A stretch of 64,000 bases of DNA from Auanema rhodensis (lineage: Eukaryota > Animalia > Nematoda): positions 10,664,001 to 10,728,000 of the forward strand of contig OZ059898.1 of NCBI GenBank assembly GCA_964057225.1, given 5' to 3'. Below, piece by piece: positions 51,689 through 64,000 of this stretch; position 1 is the stretch's first letter, and each line of letters begins with the position of its first letter. The translations under genes and the position numbers were made by a program. Under the pieces are notes generated by a model. The model was given only the letters and a program-made list of their open reading frames with translations, was not told the origin of the DNA and did no database searches.

Positions 51689-52052
51689 GTTGTGCTGGAC
51701 ATACCTAGAAGAGAAATTCGCTAGATAACGCCTAGACGGAACTTTCCCAAAAGCTGAATGTGAATATGTTTGTCACATTCTGTTATCTTGACCGCTATCC
51801 TTAATATATGAGATTATTTTACTGTGCTTTGTTTGGTTGATAGGCCAAATATACTCCGTGTTCTCTTATGCAATTGTATTGTTTATATGAATAGATCTCC
51901 CTCGTCGCACTGTATGCTGCATTGTAAATGACAAATGAATTATAATAATAACGCAGAAATTGTTTTCGCATATCAGAGCCGGGTATTAACCAGTTGAAAG
52001 ATATTGATAATATGTTGTAGTGTTCACAAAACAATTTCCTATTTTAGGCTTA

Positions 52053-55000
52053 ATGACCTCGATTGTTAAATTAGAAACTTTATCAGGGGTGCGTGATGAT
52101 GGCCCTTTGTGTTATTTACTTCAGGTGCTACTTGCTATCCGCAAGCTTTATAAGCCACGTTTTCTCAGGTAGACGAATCGTATATTTTGCTTGATTGTGG
52201 ATGGGATGAAAGCTTTGATCTAACTTATATAGAAGCTGTGAAATCTCGAATTCCTTTGGTTTGATTTCCATTACATCAAACATCTAATTATTCTTCGTTT
52301 AGATTTCTGCTGTTTTGTTATCTTATGCTGATACAAGTCATATCGGAGCTTTACCGTATTTAGTAGCCAAATGTGGTTTGAACGCTCCAGTATATGCTAC
52401 GGTAGGCTTGTGATTTTTAAGTAATTTACACGGAGATTAATAGGTTCCTGTATTCAAAATGGGTCAAATGTTCATGTACGATTGGGTGTATGGGCATATG
52501 AATGTTGAAGAATTTGAATTATTTTCCTTAGATGATGTTGATACAGCATTTAAAAATGTTCAGCAAGTAAAGTATAATCAAACGGTAGTCGTACAAGCTG
52601 AGACTTAGTTCTTTATATTTCGTATTTAGATTTTGTTAAAGGGTGATAATGGTATTCAGTTCACCCCATTACCAGCTGGTCACATGATCGGAGGTGCCAT
52701 TTGGAAAATTAGTAAACAAGTAATTTGAGGAAATATTTAAACTTATGGTTTTGAACTCTTAGGGTGATGAGGAAATTATTTATGCTGTTGATTTTAATCA
52801 CAAAAAAGAACGTCATTTGAATGGCTGTACATTTGAAAGTGGGAACAAAAGTATTTTGTATCATTGCTGTCGTATTTTCAGCTATTTCTCGACCCCATTT
52901 GTTTATTACTGATGCTTTCAATGCGCAATATAACCAACCTAGACGAAGGGATCGGGATGAAGAATTAGTCACTAAGATGCTATCGTTTGTAATTCTAACT
53001 AGCTTTCATTATGAATAAGGTTATTACAGAACTGTTAAAAATGGTGGCGATTGTTTGATTGTTATTGACACTGCTGGCAGAGTTCTAGAAATTGCACATT
53101 TGTTAGACCAGCTATGGTCGAAGTAAGTTGTGGGAGCGTTATAAATTGAAGCACTAAAGCAATCTAACTTAACAGTTCTGATGCTGGTCTATCCAACTTC
53201 AACCTGGTTATGCTTAATCATGTTGCTTCTACGGTGGTCGACTTCGCAAGGTCTCAGGTTGAGTGGATGTCCGATAAAATTTTGAAGTACGTTTATGATG
53301 TAGGACAGCTTCTAGGTATATTTTTTCAGATCCTTTGAAACTGGCCAATACAATCCATTTTCATTTCGTAATTTACAGTTGTGTTGCTCACATTTAGAAC
53401 TTACTCGGGTTCGATCTCCAAAAGTGAATTTGATTTTAAAGAAAAAATATTTTAACGCCATTTAGGTGGTTTTATGTAGTGGCCCTGATATGGAATCTGG
53501 TTTTTCTAGGGAACTGTTTCTCGAATGGAGTTCTGACACGAGAAACACTATTATTGTTACATGTGCTATATAGTGTTTTAACATTTTCTCATAACCATTC
53601 TACTTTCAGCTCGATCTGGGTCGAAAACCTTAGGTTCCCGCCTCATTAAGATGGCATCTAATAACGATTCTAATAGACACATCCAACTTGAAGTAAGATT
53701 GACACTTCATGTCAATTTTCGACGTTTTTGATTTTCAGATTAAAAAACGTATACGATTGGAAGGTGCAGAGTTAGAACTTTACAGAAAAATGAAAGTTGA
53801 GCGTGAGCAAGAAGCGGCACGACTAAGGTAAAACTTCGATGCTTAATAGTTTGTTTATTGTATGCAACATATTCAGGTTAGAAGCAACTAGACGAAATGC
53901 TAGACTAGGAATGTCGCAAGATGATGAAGAAGATAGTGATGATGAGGAAGCTTTAGCTAACTCAGTTGCTGCCGTAACTGGAATAAAACAATCAATTTTA
54001 CCATTTTCGTCTCCTACTAAAGGTACTAACTATTAAAAGTTTTAATCTAATTTTTCTTTTCAGTTGTCAATCGTAGGCAATCCACAACGTCTTCTCAGCA
54101 AACACCGATACAAATTGTTCCAGCGGCTGCTCCATTTGATTGTGCCAATGATATTCTGCTAAAATGGGAACATCAGCAAAAGTATAATTGAATGAATAAT
54201 TAATTTTATTGAATTATTCACAAAATTTTCAGAGCTGCTTTTTTCAAACAAAGCAAAAAAAGTTATCCTATGTATCCTTATGTTGATGAAAAAGTTAAGG
54301 TTTGTAAATGTTTAATTGACTACTGATTGATATATGTTTTAAGTGGGATGACTATGGTGAAATTATTCGTCCAGAGGAATATATGACAGCAGAAAGTATT
54401 GTACCTCAGGTGCTCAATCTTTTGTTGAATTGTAATCTTCCATTATTTTATAGATTGAAGGGACAAATTCTGAGGCAAAAGAAAAACCAGGAAATGGAGT
54501 TATGGAAGAGCTCATTGTTGCTCCACCCGCTACTGAAGATTGGCCTACTAAATGTGTACGGTATAACCAAAAAGTGGAGGTAGGAAATATTCCATTAAGA
54601 ATAGTATTTGTTTATTCTTCAGGTTCTATGTAATATTGCGTTTATTGATTTCGAAGGTAGAGCAGATAGTCAGTCTGTTAAAAAAATTTTAGCACAAATT
54701 AGACCAAAACAGCTTATAATAGGTTTATTTTTTCCTACTTGATATTAACCATAGATTTGTTAGTACATGGTTCTCACGAAGATACTAGAACATTGGCTCA
54801 ATATGCTCATGATAATGATATTGTTCAAGTAAGACAAAATATTTCTTAAAAACTATCATCATTATCAAATATTCAGGGGAAAATTTTCACCCCTAGACTA
54901 GGAGAGGTAGTAGATGCCACTGTTGAGTCTCATATCTTCCAAGTGTCATTGAGTGATGCTCTCATGAATCAGCTATACTTCCAAACTGTACGCGAAGCTG

Positions 55001-55529
55001 ATTTGTCTTGGATAGATGCGAAGATTATAAGGAAAAACTATTTACCCATCGAGGAAGAAAAAGAAGATCAAATGGAGGTGAGCAATTATTTTAACTGGTT
55101 CGATATTCCATTATATTATTAAGGTTGATGAAGAACTTGAAGGAAGACGGCTCACACAGAAACGACGACAAGAATCTATCTATCTCGAAATTCTTCCGAG
55201 TTCAGCTATACCATGTCATCAAGTAATTTTCTGATGATTGTTTTTAGTTTGACTGTTTACGCTTTAGGCTGTATTTGTAAATGATCCTAAACTGTCTGAT
55301 ATGAAACAAATGCTGATCGCTCAAGGCTACCAAGCAGAGTTTTCATCTGGAGTTCTTCACATTGATGGTAATCTCTAAGGGACATACCGGAAACTAATCA
55401 TCTAGTACTTTTTCAGGAATAGCCTCGATACGAAAAAACGAAGCCGGAAAGTTCCATGTTGAAGGAGTTGCAAGTCTGAACTATTACAAAATCCGTGATT
55501 TGATTTATAAGCAGTTTGCCATTGTTTAG
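52053..55529 (+). CDS. cpsf-2: Cleavage and polyadenylation specificity factor subunit 2 (CPSF100)
   Basis: [34 protein letters not shown]; PAGHMIGG; [12 protein letters not shown]; DTAGRVLE; KWDDYGE; IDFEGRAD; [13 protein letters not shown]. Confidence 0.96.
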
Positions 55530-56202
55530 CATTTTTAATATTCAATATTATGAAAAATTCATGTTGTTATGGACATACGGGTTAAATATGAAATAATCTC
55601 CCTTAAAACTAAAAAAATAAAGTGTACTTTTCATGTTTTTGTGCCAGATTTATATACAGACATGTGATTTTAAAGAAAACAATAAGTTAGATGTTAGAGA
55701 TATATCGTATTATATTGTGTACAAATATTAAATAAAAGAAGAGTAATTTTCTAACATTTTCCTAAGTAAAATTGAGTTGTTATTTATTGTTATGAAGTAC
55801 ACAAAAAGTCTCGCGCACTAAGTCATATATCACCAATTATGGTTAAATGACATATCTCAAGTGTAAATTACATTACAAGTTGTAGTTAGGTTATAATATG
55901 GGTGCTTATTCTTCTTGCTATAATTTGAAACATATTACAACAATGTAACGATATCATTTATATTAACATGAAAAGGTAATATTCAAATTTTAAAAAATAC
56001 GGATTTTACTATTTAACCTAACTAATTTGAGCTAAATGTTCGCAATCTTGGTTTTAGACCTTTATTGATTCAAACTAGAATTAATATTTTTTTTACCATT
56101 ATTTCATGTTTTAAAGTTATAATTTTGTATTTCAATTAATTTAGCTTGCTGATGAAGTCAACACTAACGGATTCTCAATGCTCATTATCTACTTGTACCA
56201 GA

Positions 56203-57728
56203 ATGGTTCGTAATAATGATGCTAGCGGACGTTTAAGGCCGAGAGTTGATTTCTATTTATGGTTTTTTGGTCAGATTCATGCAAAGGCATGATATGCATG
56301 GTTTATTATTTTAATAAACCAATTAAATTTAGCGTTTAATTATTTGGGTGCAACTTTTAATATTAATGGCAAGTTTATATGGATTTTATTACACCTCAGA
56401 TCCTCATTTTGTTGGCTTACCTATTCCCGGATTTGATGGCAAGAAAGAGCTGTTTGGTTAGAATAGTACCGAAATCGCCAATGTATGCTTTTTTAAGGTT
56501 CTTGGGGATCATCTTTAAACAATGGAAATGATATAGTTGTAGATACATCTAGTGACTTATTGTTAGTTCATTGTTTACACTATGTACAATTTTTAGTTTT
56601 AGTTTGGGAAATCGGAATCCAAGAAGTTCGACAGCGGAAAGCGTTTTTCGAAAAAAAATTGTATCATCTTTATCATATTTTTATTTTTTCAGGTATGTTT
56701 TTGTTTTTTGCATTATGACAAGTAGTTTAGTATAATCATGACAGCTGCGGGTTTGCGACTAGTTGATAAATTTTGGTGGAATTGCCCTCAAGGTATTTAT
56801 CGATATTTAAATCCTGGTTTATTTCTGGTACCATGCTTAATGAGCATTGTAAGATTATTCTTAAAATAATGCCGGAAAAGTTTATTTACAGCTAACGTTT
56901 TCTTGCCCATTATCTATCTTAACAATTCGCAGATTTCGGAATTACGTCACTCAAAATTGCTTTATTTCGGCTGTGAGCTGTCATTGGAATATTTATAGAG
57001 GTTTTCATTTGGAAAACACGTATATTCAATTTATAAGTTGTAGAAATTGCAACTTATGTCATTATACCTTTCCTTTTTGCTTGGTGTGCATATGCATACG
57101 TTTTGTATGGTTGTGTTCTTGGATTTGTCTATGTATGGAGAAGAGCTCGTGGATCTTGGGTGAAGAAAGAAACTGCTGCCGCCTCATTCAGTTGGTCATT
57201 CCGAGGTAATATAATTGAATTATTGGCAATGTCCGAACAGCTTTAGACAAAAATTCTATTCTGGGACGATTGGGGAATACAGCTTTTCTTCAGAACAAAA
57301 GTTGTAAGTTTATTTCTTTACATTAGTTTTTTTTATTTCAAAGTTTAGTTGGTAAAGCGAATAATAACAGTTGGCGAAGTACGAAAAGTACAGATAGGCC
57401 TACTTTAAGATCTTACAAAAGTAAGTATAATGGTATGCTGAGTTTAGAATTTTCAATGATTTGTAGCTCGTTTAGACCTCAATGATTCGCAAGTTTCTAT
57501 GTCATCCGTTGAAAGTGATATTCCCAATACCAGTACAGAGTTTTGGTGATTTTTTTGTCATATTCCTTGACATGATGAAAATATTATAGTGCTATTGATA
57601 TAGATGATGATTTTCGCAGGGGGGACTTTATTTCGCATAGGCCCTCTATTCGTCGTCCATTGGCTACTGTTTTGGAAGAAGGAGAAAGCCAAGAAAATTC
57701 TTTAGGCAGTGATTCAAGTAGATTATGA
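56203..57728 (+). CDS. Uncharacterised multi-pass membrane protein with Ser-rich cytoplasmic tail
   Basis: Hydrophobic exons separated by short GT-AG introns (RLIIWVQLLILMASLYGFYY.., LSLPFAWCAYAYVLYG..); the first junction phase is ambiguous. Confidence 0.5.
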
Positions 57729-57932
57729 ACTTCATCATCAGAATCCTTGTTAAAGTTTGAGGCAAAACAATGAATTTATTGCTTATGAACTGCATTTGTT
57801 GTTAACTGTTATGTAGTTGTTTTTGAATATATTTTTTTTTGTGTGTGTGGTATTGAAGCTTCGTTCATCACGATTCATACTATGTTTATTTTGTCCTGGT
57901 TTCAGCTTAAATTATAGGGTTTTAATCTAAGA

Positions 57933-59490
57933 ATGCCTGTGAGTTCAGAAAGAATGGAACAGTACTCAACTTTGTCACAAGTATTGAGCCAGCGTTTATC
58001 GAACGGCCTGCATTGTAGAAAGTCTTATCATAAATATTCATTGTTAAATGGTTATTTCCACATTAAGGTAAGTCTTATTTTGTATATATGCTACTAAATC
58101 ATGTGTTTTATCCAGTGGTATATAATTGTTAAGAATGTAGTTTTGTTCTGCTATTTACTCCGAATGATACAGTTAGATCATGTACAACTAGAGCTTAACT
58201 GCTACCTGCTATCAAATAGTCTAAACTCAGAGTGGAAAAATGTTACCTGCATGTAAGACTAATTGTTTACTTTTCTGTTCATTTTCGATATAAGCAGAAG
58301 AAGTATTTGCATGTGGCTGCATCATCTTACCGGCTTACTACCTAAATTTTTAGTTCTTGATAATGATTATGTTTGCCTAATTTTTTTGCTGATTGGTATT
58401 CTAAGGTATATGCTTTGAAACTCTAATTCATTATTTTTGTTTTATAGTTGTGTTCTTCTACTTATATTAGTATATTGGCAAGAATGTGGAAATAGTAATT
58501 CAGCTTTTATGAAATCGTGTGTCAATTATGTCTTCGTAACACCCAGTGTTTTATTGGAAGTAATTCTAATTAGAAAGTGTTCTTAAACAGCTTTAATATT
58601 ACTTGATATAGGTGTTTGTAATGTTTTTTGGATTTTATGGAATTATTATGTCCCTTGAATGGAGATTAAGATTATGGAGAACTCCAAGTTATTGGGTAGC
58701 TGTGAGAGCATCAATTTTTGCAGTAATACTTTCATTAGCTATGCTATTAGAGGTATGTGACATTGGTCTAGCGACTTTTTTAATTTCAAGAGAATTTTAG
58801 ATTTTTCTTCATTTCCTATCAGTACGCTATTTATGCGATTCTGCATCAGAGTATTACCCTGTTCACAAAGATTTGTCTTCACCAAGTGAGAGTGTACTGG
58901 AAATGCTTAAAGTAGGACGTTTGCATATAATCCTATATTTCGGATTATTTAGAATCCTCTTGTTCATATTCGTTCTAATACCAACATGCCTTCGAAAGTA
59001 AATGGCATTACTATCATGAACAATAAATTGGCCTCCTATGATAGCGAAATTTCTTCTCCTTTTAGAGACAGTGGAAATAGTATGATGTACATTCAATCAA
59101 CTAAACATTTAAATTTTTCAGTCACATTTGAATCTTCTGGATATGGTAAATGTAGACAGATACTTCGTGATCGATCATCATTAGTATCTACCGAAGAAGC
59201 TATGGCATCTCGGTATATATTAAATATATTGCGTTGGTTCAATATTTCACAATAATGTTTTCTTAGGTCTCTCGGATTTCGACCCCATTTCCAATTTACG
59301 CCAGGTGATTGCTCAGAAGGATGTGGAACGATGACAGGATCAGATTATCAACAAATTAAACCTATTTTCACGGTATATCTATTGTTGCCACTTTTTGTGA
59401 TTTGAATATTATCAGTGTTACAAACCAAGTCGTGGGCCACTTCCTTCACAGAACAGTGAGCAAGATACGACTTATTTGGAAGTCGTTTAA
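57933..59490 (+). CDS. Uncharacterised multi-pass membrane protein ending in a PDZ-ligand-like YLEVV
   Basis: Spliced ORF with several TM segments (VFVMFFGFYGIIM.., IFAVILSLAMLL..). Confidence 0.55.
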
Positions 59491-60028
59491 ATCTATTTGA
59501 TCAAAATTGTCCGATTTGTACATACTACAGATATCTATTTCAGCTCGCTCTTTCCCCTTGTTTTACTTTTTTCTTTTCAAAATATTGTTTATTTTTGATA
59601 GCATATTGGTTTATATGAAATCAATCACAAGCTATGTTAAGCACGCATATTTACTGATTTTATTCAAAGTAGTTAATAAAAATGAAACTCCGTTTTTTTA
59701 GTTTACGAGACTAGTATGTGGGAGATTCATAGAATAATTACTGTTGTAAGAGAAAAACTAAGAAGAATATCTAAAATCAGAAAGATATGAATGAATATGA
59801 ATGAATACGAATTATAACAGGATTATGCAGTAATATAATGTATACAAAGTATAAACAGTTCTCTATATAGCCAAGCGAAGCAGCATCAGGAATTTCTCTC
59901 GTGAAATATTTAAAATTAGTATAAAACGTTCGAGTTGGAAGTTTGGTGAAAGCTATATCAGACATTTCAATTTAAGAATAAAATTAACACCGGTTTTACA
60001 AGCTTTGAGCTTTCGGAAAAGAAACAGA

Positions 60029-62497
60029 TTATTCATCGCCATCCCCTACAGAAGTTGTTGACTGTTCCTGCACAATGGTTGACTCACTACCATCAGCGTG
60101 TTGAGTTACTGTGATAGTCTTTACTGTGTGAGTACCATTTTCATTTGATTCCTAGAAAAGCAATACTATATAACACGTGGACACATTTAATCACCTCTGA
60201 ATAAACAGTTACTTGATCTCCATCTGAACTTGTAATAACAGCTGATACTCCTTCTTCAGGAATCTGAATTTTTTTTTGAAAAATTACGATTTTGAAACAC
60301 TATGTACTTCAACAGCTTTTTCAGCAATTTCTCTCCGCCTTTCTCCAACATTTTCTTCAACCACATTTTCGATCTCTTCAACTTTAGTGTCTTGGTTACC
60401 TTCACTGTCAATAGTAACCTTAAAACAAGAACCGAATAATTTAGTAACTACAAATTTAATATACTTCTTCTATTCGATGCTTTTCAATCCCATCAGCGCT
60501 CAAAACAGTCTCTTCAATAGTTCTTGTAATATTACCATCTTGTTCTACAACTGTTTCTTCCATGGTTTTTGTTTCATTGCCATCGACATGAGTTACTACT
60601 GTTTTCACAGTTAGCACGGTTGTCGTCTAATATTTGTTTTTATAAACAATTCATGTTCTGAATCTTACTCCATCGTCGCTTATAGAATCTTTTGGAATCT
60701 CGCGTTCAATAACTGTATGACTTGTATTTGTGATAGTCTGTTCTTCCATAATCGTAGGCACAGCAGGTGAATAATCTCAAAATATATCGCGTAATATTCA
60801 AAATAGAAGAGAAAGATACTTTGAGCTTCTGAAATGCTACTCTTCGCATTTTCCTTGAATGGATATACTGGAGTATAAGTGAATGGTCCATTAATAGCAA
60901 TCTTTCCATTCTCATCGCGTTCTTCAACAGTTTGAGCGCCAGCTACAAAATGCTGAAAAAATAAGAATTTTAAAAAAAGTTTTCGATATACACAAACTTG
61001 AAGTTTCGAATCTTTATCTTTAGTAGAATGCTCCCCAATATCGATAGGAATTTCCAACAGGAAGAAGGCACCCAATGAAAGCTTTAACACGAAATAAATT
61101 TTTTTCCCTAAATACAACGCTTACCTGAATAGCATACTCAACTTTTAAGAAAGGTTGCTTCCGGAAGCGAAGAGTAGCAGTTGAAGGACTCTCCAAGAGT
61201 TTTCCAAAAGGAGTCATTTGATGAACTTCGTTAATTACACTATCGAAATCTCCTATATACCAAACATGTAAAAATAAATTTATACAAGATTTTAATTTTT
61301 ACAAGGCGATTGTAAAATTAATTGCTAAAAGATAACATGATGTAGATAAAGTATACCTTTTGTGGAAGGACAGATAGCTGGAATTGTAATGAGATGTAGA
61401 TGCTCCTTCTGAATTCCTTCTTTTTTACTTTTCGGAGTATTTTCCTCCTCTTCTAATCTGCAAAAAGAATCCTAGAATAATCAAAAATAAAAATTATAGC
61501 ATACCTTCTATAAAGCAACGTTCTCCATGGACTAGCAGCAGTAATTTCAGGAGCACCTATACGGCGAACACGATCAACTAATCTAACTTCCATCTGAAAA
61601 AAACAACAATTACTAGAAAAATATAATTAGCTTACATGACTAAGAATATCTTTTGGGTACTTATTTCCTATTTTTAAACTTCCATAGACATCCTCTCCTG
61701 GTAAATAACCTGTTTTAGGTAGGCTTAATTCCGCATTAAGCTGAAAAAATTATAATCACTATCTGAAAATAAGGAGAGCTACGCACTTTTCCTTTGCAAC
61801 AACAAGATCCGAAGGTAGCACTATCTTTGGCTGATTGAGCCTCTCCTACTACCAAATAACCATCGGAAGGTGAAACAATTGAAAAGGCTTGTTTAACATA
61901 ATATTCATGCTAAAAAGAATATTAATAAAATTAAATTTCAATTCACTTACATTCTTTCCGTTTTCTTCTTCATGAACTAAACTAGCACGAATAAAATAAC
62001 GGATATAAGCATAAGGCCCTTCATAAGAAGTGGGGCATCCCTAAAACATTATATTATTATATATTGAATAGAAACGAGTGAATAAACCTTAGGTAAAGGA
62101 CATTCGAAAGGCAAACTATATGTGAAATTTCCAATCCAAGTGAAATGACCAGGTTCTAGTTTACCAGGTGGTCTTTCAAGAAGAGTGATGTCATTGTCGA
62201 ATAATACCTACAAAACTGAAATAAAAAAACACAATTTTAAAGGAAAACCTTTTCAATGTCGTCTTTCTTCATTGGATCATTTAACCAAACAGATCTTCCC
62301 TTCATCTGTAGTTTAACGGCATTGATAATGATAGGACGAGTTAATTCAATTTGAAGCTTTCCAGTTATAACTTCACCGCCTAGAACATTTTGAATTTTAA
62401 TTTTTGAGCCCCAGTTAGAATAAAATTTACCTTTAAATACAGGTTCGGAACCGGCATCAAGCTGGATTTCAAACTTTGATATCACAGAATCCGTCAT
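60029..62497 (-). CDS. Arrestin-domain (alpha-arrestin) protein with an acidic Thr/Glu-rich C-terminal extension
   Basis: GGEVITGKLQIEL..LQMKG; LEPGHF..YSLPFECPLP.GCPTSYEGPYAYIRY; LPKTGYLPGE; ITIPAICPS; LEIPIDIG. Confidence 0.85.
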
Positions 62498-64000
62498 CTC
62501 GCTACCTAAATTGAAACAACAATATGTTAGAGAATAATCTGTCCAGCACGTCATATGATAAGAAGAATAGTGGATACAATATCTTATACAATAATGAAAA
62601 TACTAAAAGTACAAGGTTCTTAATTATTTTAAAGTTTTTGAGGATACAAAAGGAAAACCGTAAATGTAACAGCAATACGTGTTTCATTGATATAAAAGGT
62701 AGGTAAATAGATTAATACTATGACAGTTACATGTTCAACAGATGAATCATGTCGCTCTTTCAAAATTAACGGAATGATTAAGAAAAGGGAACAAACAAAA
62801 GAAAGAACTAATACGGTGATTTCACAACTTATTTTATTGAATGTAAGTTTTAAAAAATTAATTGTTAGGCAGGGAGTCCCATACATAAACAACAAAGAAC
62901 ATAGACATATAAATTCAATTTCACCAGCTAAGCAGGGCAACAACAAAACAAAAAAAAGAGAAAAAGCTAACCCTTGATCCCAGAGAAAACGGTGTATAAC
63001 AATAATTGGAATGTTTCCAAGAAACAGATGGGTAGAATATAAACTAACGTTTAAAAAAACTACAAAAAAACAATCGTGTAGAATTCTTGCAGTAACAATA
63101 AAATAAACAACAAAAGGAACAAGGTAAAGAAAAAAATGTCATGATAGGCAATCATCATGTATCAGTCAGCACAAAAAAACATATGGCTGCAATATTATTT
63201 TTCCTTGAAATATTTAAAATGTTTTTATTTTTTGTAATTATCGCAAAACTTTTAATAAAACGAAACAATTATAATCTCAAAAGTAGGATTTAAAACAATA
63301 ATTTAAATCATTTCACGCTTATTGAAAAAAAATATTAGAAGCGGTTATTTCATGAGCAAAAAATTGCAAAATGATGGCACTTTGCATAAGATGAATAAGT
63401 GAAAAGAGAATGCTTATAGTTATTTTTTAGCTAAACACTTTGTCTGGTTCATAGAATCTTCTCTGTCTATTAAAACGATTGGCCTGCTTTCCGTCTGTAT
63501 TTAGAACAGATGTTAGAAATTTCTCGTTGTCTGTATATCTCATTAAAAACCGTTATATTTTTTTCACGAACAACGGCTAGAGATTAAAGAGAAAAGAAAG
63601 TAGAAAACAGCGAAACATAAGCATGTAGTGATGGAATAATTCTTTGCCTGGTTAATACATAAAAACCGGATTTTTTACCAAAGTGTGATAAATTACTAAT
63701 AAAGAAAGCAGTTTCAAGTATTTTAAGTAACTTCAATAGTAATCCCTATTAAAATAGGCTATGGAACCGAAACAAATGGCTAAAGTGGAAGAAATCGCTA
63801 CAAATGAAAGCTAAGCGTCAAAGATGAGCTTGGCTTTTTAATAATAATTCCGGTTAAAGGGTGAATGAAATGTTAAATTTTGTCTACATTTTGAAAAATC
63901 ATTTTGTTGTGATTTAAACAATGGGCAGAGAAACATAAGTTTTTAAATAATGTAATGATTGAATATCCACAAAATGTTGAATGGTATGATGGCGCTGCTG

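Noticed and set aside
62502-64000. Short ORFs at 62502-62977 and the remaining right end
   Set aside because: Low-complexity A/T-rich upstream region of the arrestin gene; no coherent exon chain or homology

Overview
AT-rich nematode genomic DNA, probably a rhabditid (clade V-like); the species cannot be fixed from sequence alone. Introns are tiny (~40-50 nt) and genes are packed in operon-like clusters. The window splits sharply in two. (1) Positions 1-~9.1 kb hold no recognisable host gene. They are a nest of Maverick/Polinton virus-like transposon pieces (intron-containing pPolB with an OTU-like domain, capsid, packaging ATPase and integrase fragments, four AGTAGAGAG termini), plus a Merlin/IS1595-type transposase, a BEL/Pao gag relic and MITE-like repeats. 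(2) From ~9.3 kb onward lies a dense run of ~25 mostly conserved genes: ZNF706, bbln-1, pinn-1, FOXRED1, vav-1, ENY2, rml-3, mrpl-47, an SLC10 transporter, tomm-70, usp-14, DHDDS, GPR89, MGRN1, ech-6, a CYSTM protein, two receptor tyrosine kinases, exos-1, a CCCH protein, an AT-hook protein, cpsf-2, two membrane proteins and an arrestin-domain protein. At the boundary (9144-9174) sits a 31-bp palindrome with a GGC-TTA-GCC core and a telomeric GCCTAA seed. This is my best candidate for a programmed DNA elimination / de novo telomere addition site. Also notable: an inversion with duplicated breakpoints that appears to have moved the bacterially derived rml-3 out of the vav-1/ENY2 cluster. Exon boundaries were inferred by eye and no database searches were run.
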